DNA of 64,000 nucleotides, taken from Scenedesmus sp. PABB004 (taxonomy: Eukaryota). This document shows, piece after piece, positions 58,614 through 64,000 of the stretch; position 1 is the first letter of the stretch; every line of letters starts with the position of its first letter. The notes beneath the pieces were generated by a model. That model made no database searches. It was not told the origin of the DNA and worked only from the letters and a program-made list of their open reading frames with translations. The position numbers and the translations under genes are program-made. The stretch lies in the NCBI GenBank assembly GCA_014905635.1, contig JABVCE010000033.1:186001-250000 (forward strand), read 5' to 3'.

Positions 58614-61466
58614 ATGGCACTGACAGGACGATCACCTGGAGCGCCGCACGCCATGGCGCTGAGGGCGCACGGCAGCCTGGCCGCGCTGCACGGAGCGCCG
58701 CTGCAGCGGCCGCCGGCCGACGCGCCGCCCTGCACGGCGCGGCGCCCCAGCATGCCCGGCGCCCTCGCCCAGCGCCGGTGCAGTGGCGCCGCCGCGACCG
58801 GGGCCGGCCTGTACAGCCTGCTGGGCCCGGCGCGGGGCGCCGGCCTGCCGGGCGGCGCAGCGCTGCTGTCGGCGCGCAGCAGCGGGCGGCGCCTCGCCCC
58901 GCGCCTGCCGCCGGGCCTGGCGAGCCGCACCAGCGTGCGCACCTTCTCCAGCGGCAGCGGCGAGCCGCCCGCGCAGCCGCCCGCCGACGGCGGCGCGCCC
59001 GGGGGCGAGGCTGCGGGCAGGCCCGGCAGCGCCGGCGGCGGCAGCCCTGACGGCGAGCACGGCCACCACGGCGGCGAGCACGGCCACGGCGCCGAGCACG
59101 GCCACGGCGGCGCGCACGGCGCGGTGCACCAGCTGCAGCACCGCGCGGCGGAGAAAGCAACGTTCCAGTTCCTCGAAAAGGCGCGGCGCGGCGCGGCGCT
59201 GAGCGCCCTCCCGGGCGCAGCGAGCCGGGCGCCGCGGGGCCGCGAGCTGAGCGGCGGCGCCGCGCCGCGCAGGTGGCTGAGCGCATGACCGAGCGAGTTG
59301 GCGAGCGGGTGCGGCGCGCGCGGGCGCCGCGGCAGCGCCCGCGCCGCGCGCGTGGCCCACGACGCCGTCGCCGCTGGCTGCGATGCTCGCAGCGCGCCCG
59401 ACGCACGCCGCCGCCGCTGCGTGCACGCGCTGCGCGCAGGTCACTGAGCGCATCGCCGAGCGCGCCGGCGAGCGGGTGCGCCGCGGCTGCAGGGGCACGG
59501 CACGCAGTGCGCAGCGCGCCAGCCCCCGACGCCCCGCCGTGCTGCCGCCCGGGCCGCCGCAGGTGGCGGAGCGCGCCGGCGAGCGCCTGCTGGAGCGCGC
59601 CGGCGAGCGCGCAGTCGAGCGCGCGGCCGAGCGCGGCCTGGAGCGTGCGGCCGAGCGCGCGGCCGAGCGCGGCCTGGAGCGCGCCGCCGAGCGGGCGGCG
59701 GAGCGCGGCCTGGAGCGTGCAGCCGAGCGCGCGGCCGAGCGCGGCCTGGAGCGCGCCGCTGAGCGTGCGGCGGAGCGCGGCCTGGAGCGCGCGGCCGAGC
59801 GCGCGGCCGAGCGCGGCCTGGAGCGCGCCGCTGAGCGTGCGGCGGAGCGCGGCCTGGAGCGCGGTCTGGAGCGCGCCGCCGAGCGCGCGGGAGAGCGAGC
59901 GTTTGAGCGCACCGCCGAGCGCGCCCTGGAGCGCACCGCCGAGCGTGCCGGCGAGCGCGTCGTGGAGCGTGCTGGCGAGCGCGCGCTCGAGCGCGCCGGC
60001 GAGCGCGCAGGCGAGCGCCTGCTGGAGCGCGCCGGCGAGCGGGCGCTGGAGCGCACGGGTGCGCCAGCCTCGCGGCGCAGGCTGCGGCCATCTCTGTCGC
60101 AAGCTGCACGCTGGGAACCGGCGGCTCGCCGCCAGGCCGCCCCGCTCACACGCGCTGCCGCCCCGCCGCCGCAGCCGAGCGCACCGCCTCTGCCGCCGGC
60201 GCGCGCGTCGGCGGCCACGCCGCGGGGCGCGCCGCGGAGCGCGCGGGCGAGGCGCTCGCCGCGCACGGCGGCGACGTCGCCGCGGCCGCGGGCGCGCGCC
60301 TCGCGGGCGCGCACGGCGCGGCGGCCGCGCGCGGGCGGGGCGCCGTGGCTGGCGTGCTGGACAAGCTGGTTGACAAGCTCCTTGGTAGCGGACTCATGCG
60401 GCGCTTCGCCTCGCCCGCGGTGGGTGTGCCGGCGCGGCGGCGGCCCACTCGCGGCACGCCGCGGCCCCGCCGCACGGGCCCGCGCGACGCCGGTGCCGCC
60501 GTGCAGCGCCGGGGCCGCCGTCGCCGAGCCGCCGCCGAGCGGCGCCCGCCGCCCGCCGCCCGCCCGGCGCCCGCAGCTGATGTCGCGCATCGGCCGCGGC
60601 GCGCTGGTGGGGCTGCCCGCCGTCGGCGCGCTGTTTGTGGCGCACCTCGCACACCAGGACTGGGACCGGATGCGGGAGGAGCGCGCGGCGGGTGCGGCCG
60701 CGCTGGCGCTGGCGCCGGGCTCGCCGCCGCCTCGGCGAGCTGACCCCCCGGCCGCCGCCTGCCGCGTCTCGCTGCCCGCTGCCCGCGCGCCGCGCGCCAG
60801 GGAACCGGGCGTCGGCGGGCGCATTTGCGGTGGCGCTGCTCGGGGACGTGCTGGACGTGGCGGCGCACGTCGTCGTCGTCGCCGGCCTGCTGCACACGCA
60901 CTTCCAGGTGCGGCGGGCGGCGCGCGCGGGCGGCAGGGCGGCTGTCACCGCTGGCTTGGCGGCCAGCCGCGGGTGCTCGCCGCGCCGCCGCGCTCACCCG
61001 CCTGGCGCCCCGCCCCGCCCCGCGGCAGCTCGGTGTGCACGTCGATCACCACCTGCTGCACCTGGTCGAGCGCGGCGGGCTGCTGGTCGCGGCGGTGGGC
61101 ACGGTCGCGGCCACGCTCGGCGAGGTGCTGGCGGTGCGCGCGGCGCTGCGGGAGGAGCGCGCCGAGACCAAGGCGCGCGTGGAGGCGGCCGCGGCGGCCG
61201 CGGTGGAGGCGCTCGACGCGGCGGCGGCGGCCCAGGCCGAGCGGCCTCGCGATGGCGGCGGCGAGGCGGGGGCGGAGCTGGCGGAGGCGGCGGCAGAGGC
61301 AGCGGTAGATGAGCTGCACGCGGCAGCCGCCGAGGCGGAGGCGGCACGCAGCCTGGGCGGCGACGCCGGCTGGCGCTGGGACGGCGACGGCGCCCGCGGC
61401 AGCGGCAGCGCCGGCGCGCCCCTCCAGGCGAGCGTGGAGCGCAGCAGCAGCAAGACTGAGCTGTGA
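58614..61466 (+). CDS. Uncharacterised organelle-targeted membrane protein with His-rich segment and long ER-x-x repeat
   Basis: Presequence ending ..RTSVRTFSS, HGHHGGEHGHGAEHGHG, microexons 59273-59308 and 59440-59475, repeat exon 59563-60058, then about three hydrophobic helices (GALVGLPAVGALFVAHL, AFAVALLGDVLDVAAHVVVVAGLL, GLLVAAVGTVAATLGEVL). Confidence 0.8.
59563..60057 (+). repeat. Coding tandem repeat of 12-nt GAGCGNNNNNNN units (ERAA/ERGL/ERAG), higher-order 36-nt period
   Basis: About 40 consecutive ER-x-x units. The core is (ERAAERAAERGL)n. Confidence 0.95.
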
Positions 61467-61540
61467 GGAGGGCGGCGCGGGTGGCGGGGACCTGAAGTGA
61501 CGTCGGCCACTGGCCGCGCTTCAGCCGCCGGCGGCGGCTG

Positions 61541-61605
61541 CAGCGGCCGGGCGCGCTCCTTGACCGCGCGCGTCAGCGGCCGGGCGCGCTCCTTGACCGC
61601 GCGCG
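61541..61605. repeat. 33-bp direct repeat x2 in the convergent 3' intergenic region
   Basis: cagcggccgggcgcgctccttgaccgcgcgcg occurs at 61541 and 61574. Confidence 0.85.
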
Positions 61606-61907
61606 CGCGTCTGCGCGACCATTCTGTTGCACGGCGTGCACTCGTGTACATCAATTCAAATGCGTCCCCCGCGTTCCTGCCGGCCTCGCGGCGCGTAAGC
61701 GGGGCGCGCGCGCCCGGGCAGCCCCGGCCAGCGCGCTGGCTGTAGCAGCAGTTCGGCCCCCCACCCCAATCCCGGCCCCTCGGCTTCCTCTCAGCTCGTG
61801 TACAGGCAGCGGGGCAGCGCGCCCGCCCCTGCGCGCCGCGCAGCGCGTGTGGGACGGCGCCGCGCCCCTCCCCTCGCGCGGCGCCGCGGCGACGGCCTGC
61901 ACCGCCC

Positions 61908-63882
61908 TCACGCCGCCGCGACGCGCACGCCATTGGCGCCGACCGGCACCGCCTTGGCCGCGCCCGCCTTGGCGGCGGGGCCGGCCTTGGCGGCGGGGCC
62001 GGCGCCGAGCGCGTCGCGCAGCGCGGCCCGCGCCCCTGGCGTCAGCGGCCAGGTCTGCACAAACTCCTCGGTGTCGTACGCCAGCAGGCCGCCCACGTGC
62101 ACCGCCTGGTCCTCGAGGAAGAGCTGCCGCGTGATGCCTGGGCGGGGCGGCCAGGCGGCCGTCAGGGAGAGTAAAGCGCGCGCGGGGGCGCCCCCAGCCG
62201 AGCAAGGGCGCGCCCAGCCGGGCCCGCAGCCCTAGGGCTTGCCGCGCCGCGCCGCGCCGCACCCGCAATGAGCTTTGGCATCGCCGCCTTCATGCCCGAC
62301 AGCGCGCTGCCGCTGAGGCCGAGGCTCGGCAGCGCGCTGTAGTTGTACGCAAACAGTCCGCCCACCCACGGCGCCGCGCCCGGCGTCTGCGCGGAGGCGG
62401 GGCGGCAACGCCGGGCTCGGGAGCGTGCGGCGGCGGCGCCGACGCGGCGACCGCGGCGGCGCGCAGGCGGGCGCTGCGTGCAGGCGCGCAGGCGGGCGCG
62501 GGGGCGCGCTGCGTGCGCGCGCCAGGCGGGGGCGCGTGCTGCGCTCGCAGCACGCGCCTTCTCTGTGAACTCAAACGCCGGCCCGAGGTAGGGGTGGGCG
62601 TCGATGAGCGCGTTGCGGCGCTGCCCCGGCGCGAGCGCGCCCGGCGCCGCGTCGACGCGGTCGCCCCACGTCGCGATGTGCGGCGCCGCGGCGGCGAGCT
62701 CGGGGCGCAGCCGCGCGTCGGTGAGCAGGCCGGTGGAGATGATGGCAAAGTCAAACAGCCCCGCGTCGCCGGCGGGGGTGGTGATGCGGATCTGGCGGGG
62801 TTTGGAGTTTAGGGCGTGGCGGCGGCGGGGCGCGGCGCGGCGCGCGTGAGGCGGGCCCGCCTCACGCGTGAGGCGCCCCCGGGGGGCGGTTGCACAGCTG
62901 GGCGAGGGCCGCGAGCAGCTCAGCCCGCCGCGCGCAGCCCGCCGCGCGCCGCCGCCGCGCGCCGCCGCCGCGCACCCGGCCGCCCTCCTCGGCGACGCGC
63001 TCCCACGGCGCGCCGGTGTGGAGGTGGAACGTGTCGAACCGCGCCGCGCGGGAGAAGGTGTCATTTGTTGCGGGCTGGTTGTATGACATGAAGAAGTCGA
63101 TGCCGGCATACTGCAACGATAGAAGGCGAGGTAAGATAGAAGATAGAAGATAAGCGAAGTGGTCGGGTCACACGAGGCAGCGCGCGGTCGGGTTCGGGGT
63201 GAGTGAGCGGCGCGCGCGCGGGCGGGAGAGGCGCACTGGTGCGAGGGCGGGGTGCGCCTCGCGGCGGGCCGCCGGCCGCCGCGCGTGCGCGCGCGCGCGC
63301 ACCTTGGTGGCGTCGTCCAGGTCCGAAAAGTGGCGCAGGAAGCCTGGCGGGCGGTGCGGTGTGGAGCGGGGCGGCGGGCGCGCGGGTCGGCGGGGAGGGC
63401 GCGGGCGGCGCCTCACCCCGCCCGGCCTGGCCGCGGCGGCGGGGCCCGGGTGCCGCGCCGGCGGGTGCCGCGCACCGGCGGCCTCCATGTAGCGGATGGG
63501 GTTGATGCGCGGCAGCTCGGTGCGGCGCACAAACACGTGGACCTCGCCCGCGCCGGCCTCGAGCGCGTGCTGCGCGTTGTCAAACGCGCTCGCGCCGCCG
63601 CCGAGGATCGCGAGGCGCTTGCCCGCGAGCGCGGCAAAGTCGATGTCGGCGCACGTGTGCGCGTAGAGGCGGCGCGGCAGCGCGTCGCTCACGACGCACG
63701 GGACGTGCCACTCGCCGCCGCCCTGGATGCCGGTCGCGAGCACCACCTTGCGCGCAAACAGGACGCCGCCCGCGCCGGCCGCGGCCGTGCTGCTGGTGGC
63801 GAGGCGGAAGCCGCCGATCGCAGGCTCGGGCGTGATGGCGTCGACGCGCGTGCAGTTGACCACGGGCAGCTTGAGCACCGCC
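61908..63882 (-). CDS. NAD(P)/FAD-dependent oxidoreductase (flavin monooxygenase-like, bacterial HpyO-like family), 5' end beyond the window
   Basis: RKVVLATG, YAHT...IDF, LAILGGGASAFDNA (NAD(P)H Rossmann motif), VHVFVRR, FDFAIISTG, HPYLGPAFEFTEK, SGMKAAMPKLIA|GITRQLF. Upstream acceptor near 63883. Confidence 0.88.
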
Positions 63883-64000
63883 CTGCGCGACGCGACTTGC
63901 GTTCAGCGCCCTGTCCAGCCGTGCGACCACAGCGGCGCCGCGGCTGCGCAGCGGTGCTCGCGCAACAGCTGCACCCGCGTGGGCGGCGTGGCGGCAGCAG

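Noticed and set aside
59563..60057. Regular repeat array as a CRISPR array
   Set aside because: No unique spacers. It is an in-frame coding repeat in a eukaryotic gene with no cas genes nearby.
1..64000. Hundreds of long overlapping Arg/Ala/Pro/Gly-rich ORFs in the six-frame track (e.g. 9816-12413 +, 40209-43208 -, 44380-46917 -)
   Set aside because: Stop codons are rare at this GC content. These ORFs are antisense or off-frame shadows of spliced genes and have no motifs.
1..64000. tRNA, rRNA or snRNA genes, and a prokaryotic operon or defence system
   Set aside because: No cloverleaf, rRNA or snRNA signature recognised by eye. The genes are intron-rich, functionally unrelated eukaryotic genes.

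Overview
Very GC-rich, intron-containing eukaryotic nuclear DNA. Gene content (RWP-RK, DUF506, D27, mTERF), the GTGCG/GCGCG...CGCAG introns and the Ala/Gly/Gln low-complexity style point to a chlorophyte green alga, probably Sphaeropleales/Selenastraceae-like (inference). Most ORFs in the supplied track are GC-content artefacts, so I rebuilt about 25 spliced genes by eye. They include a MaoC dehydratase, DUF676 esterase, EMG1/NEP1, DUF938 methyltransferase, D27-like isomerase, AAA_33 kinase, RWP-RK factor, Nudix hydrolase, ACP6-like phosphatase, TFIIH p62/TFB1, an mTERF-repeat protein, DUF506, RluA-family pseudouridine synthase, two tandem S1 proteases, a HAD phosphatase, an X-family DNA polymerase and a bacterial-type flavoprotein. 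Main findings: (1) a 1.3-kb inverted duplication (33731-35044 / 39278-40587) built from the 3' end of the mTERF gene plus the promoter and exon 1 of the DUF506 gene. It brackets a 4.2-kb segment holding most of an AP2-domain/mTERF fusion gene and a small twin-CX9C gene. (2) A candidate algal Sororin visible only after splicing. (3) An FHA-BRCT-PolX fusion. (4) At least 11 GC-AG introns with an AG|GCGCG donor. (5) An organelle-targeted membrane protein with an ER-x-x repeat rod partly encoded by 36-nt microexons. CDS coordinates are gene spans including introns. All family calls come from motif recognition, not database searches.
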